Below are positions 1-11,800 of a stretch of DNA of 58,599 bases, in pieces. How positions within the stretch are numbered: the stretch's first letter is position 1; every line of letters starts with the position of its first letter. The DNA comes from Chromera velia (taxonomy: Eukaryota). The notes under the pieces are model-generated. The model saw nothing but the letters and a program-made list of their open reading frames with translations. It did not search any database and was not told the DNA's origin. Where the stretch lies: positions 1-58,599 of the forward strand of contig JAHBMJ010000049.1 of NCBI GenBank assembly GCA_018398765.1, given 5' to 3'. The position numbers and the translations under genes are program-made.

Positions 1-439
1 CCCGGCCAACTCTGACCACCGTTTGCGATGTCCCCCCCCCCAATATGCCCTCCAACCGCGCCGCACATAACCGCGAGGTGTTTCGTCTCGCTAGACTTGC
101 GTCTTCAATGTGCTACCGCCTTTCCTTGCAGTCGATTAAACGGGAGAGACCCCACTCAAAAACTTTTCGCGGCAAGAAAAAGAAAGATTAGTTAACTAAC
201 CTGTCGATCGCGGACATGCGCTCAAGCTTGCACACCGCACACCAAAGCAAAAGGCTGGCAACACTTGTTGGAACAGAAAAAGAATGTACTGAGCCGTTTT
301 CTCCGGTTTTCTCTGGGAACACCTCAAAAAGACAGTTCACAAGGGAATCTCTTTCACTCTCATTCTTCGAGTCTGCGCGCGCCCTCTCCTAGCTGGCAGT
401 GGTGCGGTGCTGCCTGCACCTACAAACTGACAGACCGAC

Positions 440-2201
440 CAATGGCAGCAAGATAGGGACAGATCCTCTCGGGCTCTCCCTGGAAGACGATCCGGCCGTC
501 GCACAGCACGATGAGAAAGTCAAACAGGGACACCACCTGCAAGCACAAAGAAGGAGACACAGACGTATTCATGGGCACGAGAGAGAGGGCAGGCAGCCAC
601 TACAACCTCAATTTCGCGTGACCGCACAAGAGGAGGCTAGAGCAAAAAGGATTGACTGCCTCCTTCGTACTTTTGCACAGTCAAACCTCATTCCTCCGTC
701 TGTCTCCCTTCAGATTTCTGCCTGCGCCCACGGATCGTTTCCACGTACATGTTCAACTTGTTCGACAGTAATCTTGAGCATGCGTGCAGCCACAAGTCTT
801 CTTCCTCTCTCTCTCGCTCTCTTGCACAAGCGCGCTGAGAAACCTAGGAGGTGATCCCCCCCCCCCCACACACACACAGAAGGGGGGGGGGCGGGTAGCT
901 GCAAGGTACCGGCAGCAGATCTTCTGTTTCTTCGGTCTTACCTTTCCTGAGGGTTGATGAATGGATGCAACGATTGTGCGTCCAGACTCCTGCGAGAGGG
1001 TCTTCAGTGACGCCGTCAAGGCCAGAGCAGACGTTGAGTCGAGACCTGCATGCGGACAGAGAGGAGAGAGAGAGAGAAGAAGCTTCTTTGGTCAACTGTG
1101 AGTGTATCCAATCAATCAATCAATCAATCCTTCTTTGACTCATTTGTTAAATTGTGATTCAGCAGGAGCTGGTCTTCCTTTTTGATGCGGGAGGGAGAGA
1201 GGGAACAGATGTTGTTCAGCTCGAGTGAACAAAGAGCAGAGAGCTCTCTCTGCAGACAGGAAAGGAAGGAGACTTAATCAATGCAATGCAGCCCCGGCGC
1301 CCTGACCGACGACCGACCGGTGGTGGGTTCATCAAGAAAGAGAAGCGCGGGGTCCGCCAGGAGTTCGTTGGCGACGTTTAGCCTCTTCAGCTCTCCCCCC
1401 GAGATTCCTCCTCCCCTGAGACCCTGGGGAGCGATCCGTGTGTGGGCACATCTGGGTGATTATGCAAGAGGGGAGAGAAGGGAGGACGTGCAGGCAGGCA
1501 GGCAAGCATGGGGTGGGTGCACTTGTGAGTTGGTTTTTCTCATCCATCGTTGGAAAAGGGGGGGTTCTGTGTGAGGGTGGGGCGGAGGCGGGGTGGCCTG
1601 AGCAGCTGGTCAAATGTGACAGGAGGCACTTCTGCGGGGGGTTGTCTGTATCAATCCGCCTGTCGATCTTCCCGTCCACCCACCCCTCCCACCCCTAGTG
1701 CAGCTTTAGATCCCCCGCCTTTCCGCTCTGCATTTCAAAGACTTGGTCACTTCCGTTCATTCACGAATTCACTCAGCTCTTCACACACTTCGTCCACTTC
1801 CTTCTTCATTCATTCACGCTGCTCACTGACTGCCTCACTCACTCGTTTTCCCACTTACCCACTCACTTTCGCAGCCCCATTTCGTCGATCACCGTTTCAG
1901 CCCGCTTAATCTTTTCACTCGATGTGCTGAGAAACGAGAACACGCGAGCAGAAGAAGGAGGGGGAGAGGGAAAGAGGCAGATGAGACCCCCAAAGCTTCC
2001 CGATGAGATCAACAAATAAGGGGGGGTTCTTGCGCAAGAGAAGAAGAGAAGAGAAGAGAAGCGAGCACATCGTCCAGTGGACAGAAAAGGCCACACAAAA
2101 AAGAGAAAGGCATCCGTCTGAGGGAATGCGAATCCCTCTGGTTATCGCCCTGCTAGCTCTGGCAACAGATGGACATAGTGGGAAGGCCCTAGGGCGGAAC
2201 A

Positions 2202-2261
<60 letters not shown>

Positions 2262-2946
2262 CTCTGTCCTGGAGACCGATTTACTGACTGAGACGCAGGC
2301 ATGCGAAGGAGAGCGGTTGTCCTCAGAGTGTCCTGGACAGTCAGCGTTTCCAAGAAGATATCCCTCTGCATGACGAACCCCATCAGCCTCCTGGAGGCCT
2401 TAGTGGGAGGCTGGTCGTTGAACTGCACACAGAAAGATGGAACAGCATGTGAAGGAGGGCAGTTGATATGCAAAGGGAATCTAGCGAGATCGAAGGTGCC
2501 GTCTCCTTTCTTGACTGACTAGAACTTCGCCAGAGACGCCATCAGTAACACGCGCTCCGAGGATGTTCAACAGAGACGTCTTACCTGCAAACAAGAGCAG
2601 ACAAACTCACCCATCATACATGTCTTCAAGGGTCTCCGCAGAATACAGAGCAGAGCAGAGCACTCACCTGCACCGCTCGGTCCCATAACTGCACACAAGG
2701 AGAGAGGAGACAGGTCAGTCATTGTATGTAGATGCAGATGTGCCTCAGAGTGATCGAGTCTCAGGGAATCATCCCAGTGAACTTACTTGCACACAGCTGG
2801 CAAGCAGGAATGCTCCCAGCAACCCCGTGCAAAATCCGCTTGGTGTTTCCATTCTTTTCGGTGACAGAGTACTCAAGATTCGAGAAGGAGACGGAGATCA
2901 CGAGGGGAGACCTTGTAAATGTGTTGGACGAAAGCTGCGATCGCAT
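440..2946 (-). CDS. ABCG (White-family) ABC transporter nucleotide-binding domain, multi-exon, 3' end not resolved
   Basis: Phase-consistent GT-AG exons 2787-2946, 2668-2688, 2520-2584, 2289-2422, 1867-1926, 1318-1451, 942-1045 and 440-536. They give Walker A GPSGAGKT, Q-loop GFVMQRD, signature ISGGELKR, Walker B/D-loop LLFLDEPTTGLDS and H-loop ASIHQPS, followed by LFDFLIVLCDG. No transmembrane domain is visible in the window. Confidence 0.9.
2203..2260. repeat. (TCAA)n microsatellite in ABCG intron
   Basis: Perfect tetranucleotide run read directly. Confidence 0.95.
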
Positions 2947-4428
2947 TCTGTCAGATCAAAAGAGCACTCATCGGCGCCGTAAAAGGTACTCGGCTGGGAT
3001 GTGTGGTAAAGATTGCAGATTCTGTGATGGAGAGAACTCAATCAGCCCGCTCTTTGCGTGCTCTTTGCTTAATACTCTGTGTGTATGGATATCCGGGTTG
3101 ACTGTCTTGTCCCAACTTTCTGCGCGGTCTTTATATAGATCGGCCTCGGCAGGCTCGGCATGCAGCCTCAGCTAGGAGAGTCCGCGGGCCCGCGGATGCC
3201 GCTATAGGGCAGTCGGGCCCGGAATCGGCCCCGGATGCCGCTCTAAGTGCAGCCCTATGCACCGCATGTAGGACCCAGACCCCCTAAAGACCAAAAACTT
3301 TTGCAACTGCCGAAAAGAGCCAGCTGCTCTCTTTTTTTCCTCATCAACTCGATCAACCCAAACTCAAAAACTGAAAACAAAAAAAGAAGTAAATGTATTT
3401 AAGTATATGTTGGTATATGTAGGTATATGTATGTTGAGGTATGTTGAGGGGGTGGAAGGGAGTCTCTGTGTGTGAGCATCTGTGCTGCATGTGTTATAAT
3501 GTGTTATATTGTGTATAGCTGTGTAATACTATATGCTAACTAATGCCAACATTTACTCATCATAAACAGGGGTGCTCTATTTAAATTACTAAAAAGATTT
3601 TATCTACATACAAATGTTAAGAAACGTTTAAGAACGAGTTTAAGATGGACCTTTAAAGACTACAATGTTTCTTTACCCCACAAACAAAAGTTTTTAAAAC
3701 TACTAAAAAAAACTGCATACTACTGTTTGTTTTTACATCAATTATTCCCTTCAATTCCCTTTCTAACTTAAGAAACTTGTTTAATTAAGTCAAACGATCT
3801 AGCAAACGATACATGAGGAATGAGATGTAAATACGTACAAATAAGTGTTCCAATTTTCTTTTTCTTCTAGAAATGCTAAAATTAACGATATTAAAACCGT
3901 TTAACAGTCTAAGTTAGTATGTAGAGTACAGTATTAAATGTGGATAGAATATATATATGCGTTGCTATATAAGCCTTCGGAAGCCAGTTTTGGGGCACCA
4001 CATATTCGCAAATTACCGCGAATTTTCATTTTTGTCTCTTATGTGCATTGTTGTACGTGACTATACCTGACATCAGGAAGCGTCTTTCCTTCAAGTTTGG
4101 AGTGCATCTCTGAGCGGGTCCAACAGACGTGAACCGCGTCCAAGTTGTTCAATCAAGCTTCCCATCATATGACTTTCGTTTTTGGTTTCTTTTCTCAAGA
4201 ACTGCAAACACACTCATGTAGGGGCGTTTCTTTTTTTATGTTCCAATGAATCCGTTTCAAAATGATTAATTAGATCTCTACTTGTTTGTTCTGGAGTCCA
4301 GTCTTTTCTGATCGAAGGTCCTTGGTTGATCTGTAGGTGATGCTTTCTGACCTTCTTTGTTCTGCTTAGTTTTGAATTCCTTCTTCAACTTGTCTTTTGT
4401 TCGGTCCCTCCTCCCTCCCTTTTCTTCT

Positions 4429-7400
4429 TCAGATTCCTTGTCCTGTGAGAAGGTCAGCGAGGTTAAGGAATTCGGGTTCGTTCCCGGAGAAGCTGTTTGC
4501 GTTCGTCTGATCTTGGGACTGGATTGGGAGGGGCACTTTCGTGAGTTTGTCTGCTGGCTGGTCGCGCTCCCCCTCAGAATCTCCTTGCCCCTGTGCGAAC
4601 ACGGGAGAGGGGGGAGAAGCATCGCGGTCAGAATCCACAGTTGTTGTCCTGTCGTACAGGGGTGAGAAGAAGGGGCGAAGGTCCTCCTGGTCTTCCGACT
4701 GTCCATCCTCACTGTTCTTGTTGCCGGTCCCCCCACTGGCAACCTCAGGTGCTGCTCCTCCTCCGCTCTCCTTCGTCGGCGCTTCATCTTTTTCTCCTCC
4801 CTCTGTCTGTGGGGTTTTTGGAGAAGTGGGCTCCTCTTCTGTGATGGGCTGCAAGAGGTCTCCCTGGCCTAGGCTGTGATATTCTCCCTGCTGCTGTGCT
4901 GCAGGCTGGGCTATTGTCTTCCCGTCCTTGTTCTTGTGCAAGTGAATTGAAATTTTCAATCGGGGACTCTGGATTGACTGGAGACCTCTGAGAAAGGCGG
5001 CCAGCACTGCGAGTCTTTTCGGGTCGGGCTTCTTAGCTTGCTGCTGCTCTGCCACGTGCACTACAGGCTGCTCCGTATGTACGGGCATGGGGGGGGGCGC
5101 GAAGGTAGGGGCGTTGATGACGACAACTCTGGGCATCATCTCTGAGTCGGCCTGCATGCGGACGGCATGGGAGAAAGCGAAATATTCAGCACACACCCTT
5201 ATTGACTCATGTATTCATTGATTGACTCACTCCCTGCCCCATTTCTTTGCTCTCTAAAGGGACGCAAAAAAAAAGTGCTGGAATCTTCTTTCCTTTCTTT
5301 TGTTCTACCAGACAGACGCATTTGCACAGAGTAATACACAGATCTGAAGCCAGTAAGGCACACCGCCTTGAGGGGGGAGAGGCTTGCATGCAGGCAGGCA
5401 GGCAGGCAGGCAGGAGCGAAGAGACATACAAACGTCGCCAGGCTGTCTCTCTTCCAAATCGGATAAATGTTCTGCATGTGTACCGGTTGTGCCATCAACG
5501 CGGTAACAAATCGGTACTCCTTTCTCCTGGTTCGTGTTTGTCGGGCGTTTCTTTCGGATTCCCCCGTTGCCCTGTTCCCCTTTATGGCTTCGATCACAAC
5601 TTTGTTTTTGTCATTGCAGCCTTTCTCTGAAGTCCTACGTTGCAAGACATGCTGCCTGCCTGACGGTTAGAACCAAACACAACATGGAAAATGAAATGAC
5701 ACATGCAGGAGTGGAAGAAGTCTCTGACCGACCGATCGACCGACCGATTTCTGCACATGCCTGTGCACGATTGAGTGATCGGACATTTCAGCCTGCTTGC
5801 GTGCTTTTGCAAGGGCGATTGCTCTCAGGAGCATCAGAAGTCGTTTCTTCGCCTGCTCCTTTTTGTACTCCCGCAGTTTTGCCACCAGTGCTGTGAGAGG
5901 CGTGTGCTCCACCGGCTGAGCCATAATGACTCTCCGAGGAGGAACCGCCCAGAAAGGCATCGCCATCGATAGGGGCATTTTGACCGTCGTCGTTGTGGTG
6001 GTTGTAGTGGTCGTCACTGAGTGCGTGTGCGTGTGGGTGATCTGAAAAGAGGATCGACCGAGAAGAGAAGGACGGTGGGGGGACACAACGTGAGGTTCTC
6101 TCTTTCAAAATGGAAGTGGAGAAAAAACACAAAAACAAGAGTTGGACTTTCAAGCAATTTGTTGGTCGGATGGATTCGCTGGCTTCACTGTGGGTGTGGG
6201 TAGCTGTGCGTGAGCTCCTGCCTTTTTTTGGTCTCTCTGCACTTCCATGTTTGGAGTTGAATGAGCTTGACTGACCCTGTATCTGAATCGGTGTTTTGGA
6301 TGGCCCTTTCCGCTTCTGCTCGAGTGAGAAGAGAAGTGATGATGGGAGTGTATGGCATCCGACAGGAGACGGTGTGCGATGACGTGCTGTCGGAGTTCAT
6401 GAATCCTGTGCATCAGAGGGAGGAGGTGGGCCAGCAGAAGGGGCGAGGGTGTGTCGGTCAGGTGGGGTGCCGAGAGGTCAGGGGAGACGAACATGAACTT
6501 GCCGGTCTCTGGGTGTGGGGCCTGGATGGTGATTACGCGATGGGCAACTGTGCTGAAGGCTGCAGGGGACCCATAAGGGGGGCGGGCGTTGGGGAAGGTG
6601 GAGAAAAAAGACAGCTTTTTGGAAAATCAAATATTATCGGGGGACGCCGCGAGGACAGCTGGTCGCAGACTCAAGCAGCAAATGCTCATGTCTGGAAGAT
6701 ACACGCAGAAGAGCAGAATGATCGTTTCAAGTGGCCAAGCGGAGGATGGATGATGAAAGCGTTACAGAGAGAGAAGACATTGAATACAAAGGAATTCCGG
6801 CCGTTTTGGGCACAATTCGATCAATCCCTCCCGCGCTCATGCACCCACTTACCAACGGGTTTGCAAGGCACCGCAAAGGCTCGAAGGAGTCCACAGACGA
6901 GGATCAGAGCATCAAGTTGGTTGGAGGGTCCAACCTGAGGGGGCGAGGCGAAAGAGCAAGGGAGAAGTATCAAAAATATATCCGAAGAGACGAAACAGCA
7001 AACGCCTGAAAAAAAGAGACACATTAAGGAAGGTGCGGGCATACACGATTACGTACGAGCGAAATTGAAAGCAGGTGCACTTCGACAGAAGAGGAACACA
7101 TTGACACAGAAGACACTCGGCAGACCTGCAGCGTCACTGAAGTCGACTGAGAGGTGGGCATGCTGGAGAAGAAGCTCTTGTCTCCCTCCGTCTCTGCCTC
7201 CCTGTTCCGGTCTCCTTCACCCAGAGAGAGCGCACTGAAGGGAGGCCGGAGTCCCTCACCTGTTTCAGCTAACTTGCCTGCCCCCCCTTCATTAGTATTC
7301 TGCGGGTTCTTCCAATGAGCGACAAAAGGGGTCATGCCTTCAAATTGGGGTTGTGCGTACATGGCAGCAACCGCCTGGGAAAATTGGGGCCAGCCAAACC

Positions 7401-7575
7401 CTGCAGTTCCCTGCCCTGCCTGTGCACCCTCTGCGGCCTCTTCCTGTTCTTGCCCTCCATCTCCCATTTCTTCCTCGTCATCTTGTGGAAGAACTGAAGC
7501 AGAAGAGGAAGCTTGCCCTCCGAACTTCTCCAGAAACGAAGAGCGAAGAGACTCGGGGGAAGTCTCCGGTTCCAC

Positions 7576-7612
<37 letters not shown>

Positions 7613-8169
7613 TACATACACACACACACACAGACACACACACACACACATACATACACACACACACACACACACATGCACGCACACACACACACACACA
7701 CAGAGCCTGCATGCATTTACAATGTCTGACTGTCATAGTGAGTCAGACAATGGTCAGTCACCCAATCAGTGCCCTGTAGAAGCGGTTCATGAGATCTTAG
7801 AACGACATCATGGAGGTCAAGATGGAGGCGGAGCGAACGACAAAGAATCCTGGAAAGCGTGCTGACCTCTTCGTTGGCGACTTGAGGAGAGACTCCGAAG
7901 TTGAGGATATCGTCTACATTGGGGAGTTTGGACATTTTTGGAAACTGAGCGTGAGTCTCCAGGAAATTAGCGAGAGTTTCGGCATCCTTGTTGGCTATGA
8001 GCTCGGGTGGCTGTTCTTTTTCTTCCTGCTTATTGGCCTGGCTTTCCTCAACAGCGGCAGAGAGGCTAGACAGGAGGGTTGCGATCTGGTCCTCTTGGGC
8101 CCGCACCCCATCAAAGAAGACCAGACACGCAAAGAGGCAAGCGCACAGCCACGTGGCCATCGCTGCCAT
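4429..8169 (-). CDS. Putative secreted hypothetical protein (~700 aa, 5 exons)
   Basis: Signal-peptide-like N-terminus [24 protein letters not shown]. Phase-0 exons 7867-8169, 7126-7575, ~6276-6614, 5745-6041 and 4429-5151 join in frame at GT-AG sites. Exon 3 boundaries are the least certain. No domain recognised. Confidence 0.6.
7579..7702. repeat. Imperfect (CA)n microsatellite in intron
   Basis: Read directly; abuts the acceptor at 7576-7577. Confidence 0.95.
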
Positions 8170-8845
8170 CCTTGACGCAGTCTTAGAACTGAAGGTGACG
8201 GAAGGTCTTCGTTCTCACTCGGTGCCTGTTTTTCTGAGGTAGAATGTGGGGTTGTCCTGAGATATGGATCAGAAAATTGGTGGCGGTGTCTGTTGCACAA
8301 AGTGTTCCATTTCTTTTCAACCAATCCAAATGAGAGTGCGTTCTCAGAAGCTTTTCGGGGTGTCGGAGAGTTTCGTGCAGACAGAAGGCAAATGGGATCT
8401 TCCGGCAGATCATTGATCGTGCGGATGCAGGCTGTACGTATATGAATTGAGTCGATGATCGATGTACGCAAATTAATGCACGCATGTCAACAAACAAAAA
8501 GAAAATTGGATCGACATACAGAGAGAGGTTGGCTGTCATACCGATACGCAGTCAGTGGGCCCCGGAAAGAAGTCCGCGGGAGAACTCGCACGATGAACTT
8601 TTCATGTACCACCATCCGAATTCTTCAGCTAGGCTAGCTAATCATGCACTATTATTCCCCCAGGAGCTTTGTCACGAAAGCTGACAGACGTTTTGACTGC
8701 GTGCTGACGATCGCGTAAGACATCAGAACCGTGACTAACGTGTGGAACTCCATTGGTCCCTTTAAGTTCAAGTTGAGTGAGTGATTTTTCAACCACAGAT
8801 ACTTGGAGCGTCTCCGTTTGACGGGAAGCCGCCCTTTCTGTGGGA

Positions 8846-11800
8846 ATGGCTCTGGCCATTCACTTCGTCTGTGTGCTGCTCCATGCAGCTGTCATTGGGG
8901 GGGTTTCGTTCCGGAGGAACGGACATGCCCCGCTCACCTTTCTTCCAGGTCCCCTTCTTGAGCAAGACCATCGATTCAGTCGTCCACCACGATTATTCTC
9001 GACAGCAACAGACGAGGAGACCGTGAGTTCCTCCTTTGACTTTCTTGATGAGTCCCCTGCCCAGAATCCCTTTTCCAGCTTCTCAGAAGACTTTGTGGCA
9101 TTCGCAGCACAACAAATCAGGGCTGTGGATTCTGCCTCGGCTTCTTCGTCTTTTCCGTCTTTGGAAGAGGAGGACGAAAGAGAGGGGGACCCCGCTTCTC
9201 TGATTGCTGCTCACTGGCGAAGAGAGCGGCTAGCGGGGCTTCAGCAGTCTCTTCACCTTGCTCCTTGCACAAGCATGTACGGGGATGGGAGCACAGCAGC
9301 GTCCGAGTCCCCCTCAGAGGGAGGAGCTCCGGGTGAAGATCCCTCTCCGCTGAATGAGGTCGGGAGGGAGGGTGAAGGGGAGAAGGGGGATGCCGTTCAA
9401 GAGGACTTTGAAGTCAGCACCCCACATTCACCCCTTCCTCTGCCACTGCGGATGGAGATCTCTCTGACGGAGATAGACCGCCAACTGTTGCAAGGCACTC
9501 TGGCTGCCTCGAAAGCCCAGCCGTTTGGTATGGCACTCAAGAAAGGCCCAGCAATTGCAAAGCCCGAGCACATGGAATCCCTCCAAAAGATAGAGACAGA
9601 TTTGGGTGCTTTGGAAAGCGGAGAGTGGGAGATTGAGACAGACCAGGACGTGATGCGAATGATGAAGGCAGTGCAGGGGAGGGGGTTGGTCAGTGTGGCT
9701 TTCCGCATTCTCGAGGCTGTGCGGTCTCAGGGAATAGACGTAAAGCCGCAGCTGATCACGTCTGCGTTGCTGACCTGCGCCAAGGCTGGTTCCTTTCGCT
9801 TGGCATTTTACGTGCTCAAGAAGCATGCTGAACAGTCAAGCAAAGGCTTGAAGCTTGACACTCAAATGTACAACGCTCTTCTCGATGCTTGCCTAAAGGC
9901 AGAAGAAGGGCCACAACTTCAAGTGAGTCGATTACTGGGTGGGGAAGGGTGTCAGTTTGTGTGTTTGAATATCGTGGTGTGTTGCTGTGAGCCGGTGTTT
10001 GGGACATCCTCCTGTATCTCTCGGACTTCGCTCTTCGTTTCTTTCCCGACTGAGCTTGCTGGTCCTCCAGGAGTCCCGAACAATGTAAATGGCTCGGTCT
10101 CTGCCTCTTTGCTTGGTGGGGGCACGGGCTATTTTGGTGCAGATCGTCAGTCTCGTGTCTGGCTCTTCACCTCTTCCCTTCCCCAGGCCTCTGTCCGTGT
10201 TTCTCCTTCGTTTGATTTCCCTTTACTCGCCGGAACCCTGCAGGTGATGCTGGCGCTTCTTCAGGAGATGAAAACTGGCAAGGAGGAGTCCCCTGGGAAG
10301 GGAAAGGGTCGGAGGAGGGCGTCGCGGAACGACGTGGGACCGGACACTGCAACTTACTGCATTGTCGGGTCTGCGTGCGCAACTTGTGCACGTCCGGACA
10401 CAGCTCTCGAGTTGTGGAAGGACATGAAACTTGAAGGCCTGAGGCCGCCCGGATATTTGAGCCTTCAGGTTCTCCGTGCGTGCGAAGAATCAAAAGAGCC
10501 CCAGCGGGCGCTTTCGTTTTTCGACGGAATTTTGTTAGAGGCCGAGCAAGAGTCTGCCGACAGAGCTGTGGAGTTTGTATGGCCGCTTCATTTCGGGATG
10601 GCCGTGCGCGCTTGTTTGGTGCCAGGGGGGAACACAGGGAGTAAAGAGGGGAGGGAAAATTTGGAGACTGTGTGGGGGCTGTTGGGGAGGATGGAACGCC
10701 TTGGTCTTATGACTGAAAACCTCACTTTTCACCCAGTGTTCAAGCTTTGTGCACAAGAGGGGGCAGGGTCGAAAGCAGTAGAGTTGTTGGGTGCGATAGA
10801 GGAGGGTGTGTTTCCCGGGGTTTCTCTTGACTACACCTCCCAAATGCATACCCTCTTTGCTTGTCAGGGGAGTAAAGAAGATTTGCCAAGAGAAGAGATC
10901 GCAGACAGAGGCATAGAAATTTTTCAGCGTCTGAGAGAAAGCCCCGAATTTCGAAGAGAAATCTCTCTGTACCGCGCTGTGTTTCATTGCATAGGGAACA
11001 AGGTTCGTTTTCTTGCTCAGAGAGGAAGTTGGGATGGCTTTGAGGAAGGGAAGAGGCTGGGGCAGTACGCGTTAGACCTAAGGAAAGAGATGGAATCGAT
11101 TGACGGGTGGACAGTAGCAGCGCTGCTTCGTGCGACGCTTCTTCTGCCGAAGTCTGCAGCCGAGATGTTCGAGAGAGAGTCTTTGACTTCTCACTTCAAG
11201 GATAACGAGGCTGTTGCACGAGCGCTTGATGAGGTGTTTTTTCAAAATCCCCTCTGTCCTGTTGAAGTCCAGCAGTCTGTTGCTGAGACATGGATGAGGC
11301 GGGAGGCAAGGTTTTCCAGGCGGTCCGGACGCGAACGCCTGAAGGCCGTTGATGGCGGTCGTGATGTCGTGTTGGCAGTCGTCACTTCCTTTCTTGAAAA
11401 AGAAAAAGAAGCGGAAAGAGAGACGGGTTCTGCTGTTCCAGAGGACCTTGAAGTCAGCACCCCACATTCACCCCTTCCGCTGCCGCTGCGGATGGAGATC
11501 TCTCTGACTGAGAGAGACCGCCAACTGTTGCAAGGCACTCTGGCCGCTTCGAAAGCCCAGCTCAAGAAGGGCCCACGAAAGCCCGAGCACACGCCCCCCC
11601 TCAGAAAGATAGAGGCAGATTTGGGTGCTTTGGAAAGCGGAGAGTGGGAGATTGAGACAGATAGAGATGTTATGAGGTTGATGAAGGCAGTCCAGCAGAG
11701 GGGGTTGGTCAGTGCGGCTTTCCGCATTCTCGAGGCTGTGCGGTCTCAGGGAATAGCCGTAAGGCCGCAGTTGATAACGTCTGCGTTACAGACCTGCGCC

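Noticed and set aside
7332..7865. His/Thr-rich or Cys/Val-rich ORFs
   Set aside because: These are translations of the (CA)n microsatellite.
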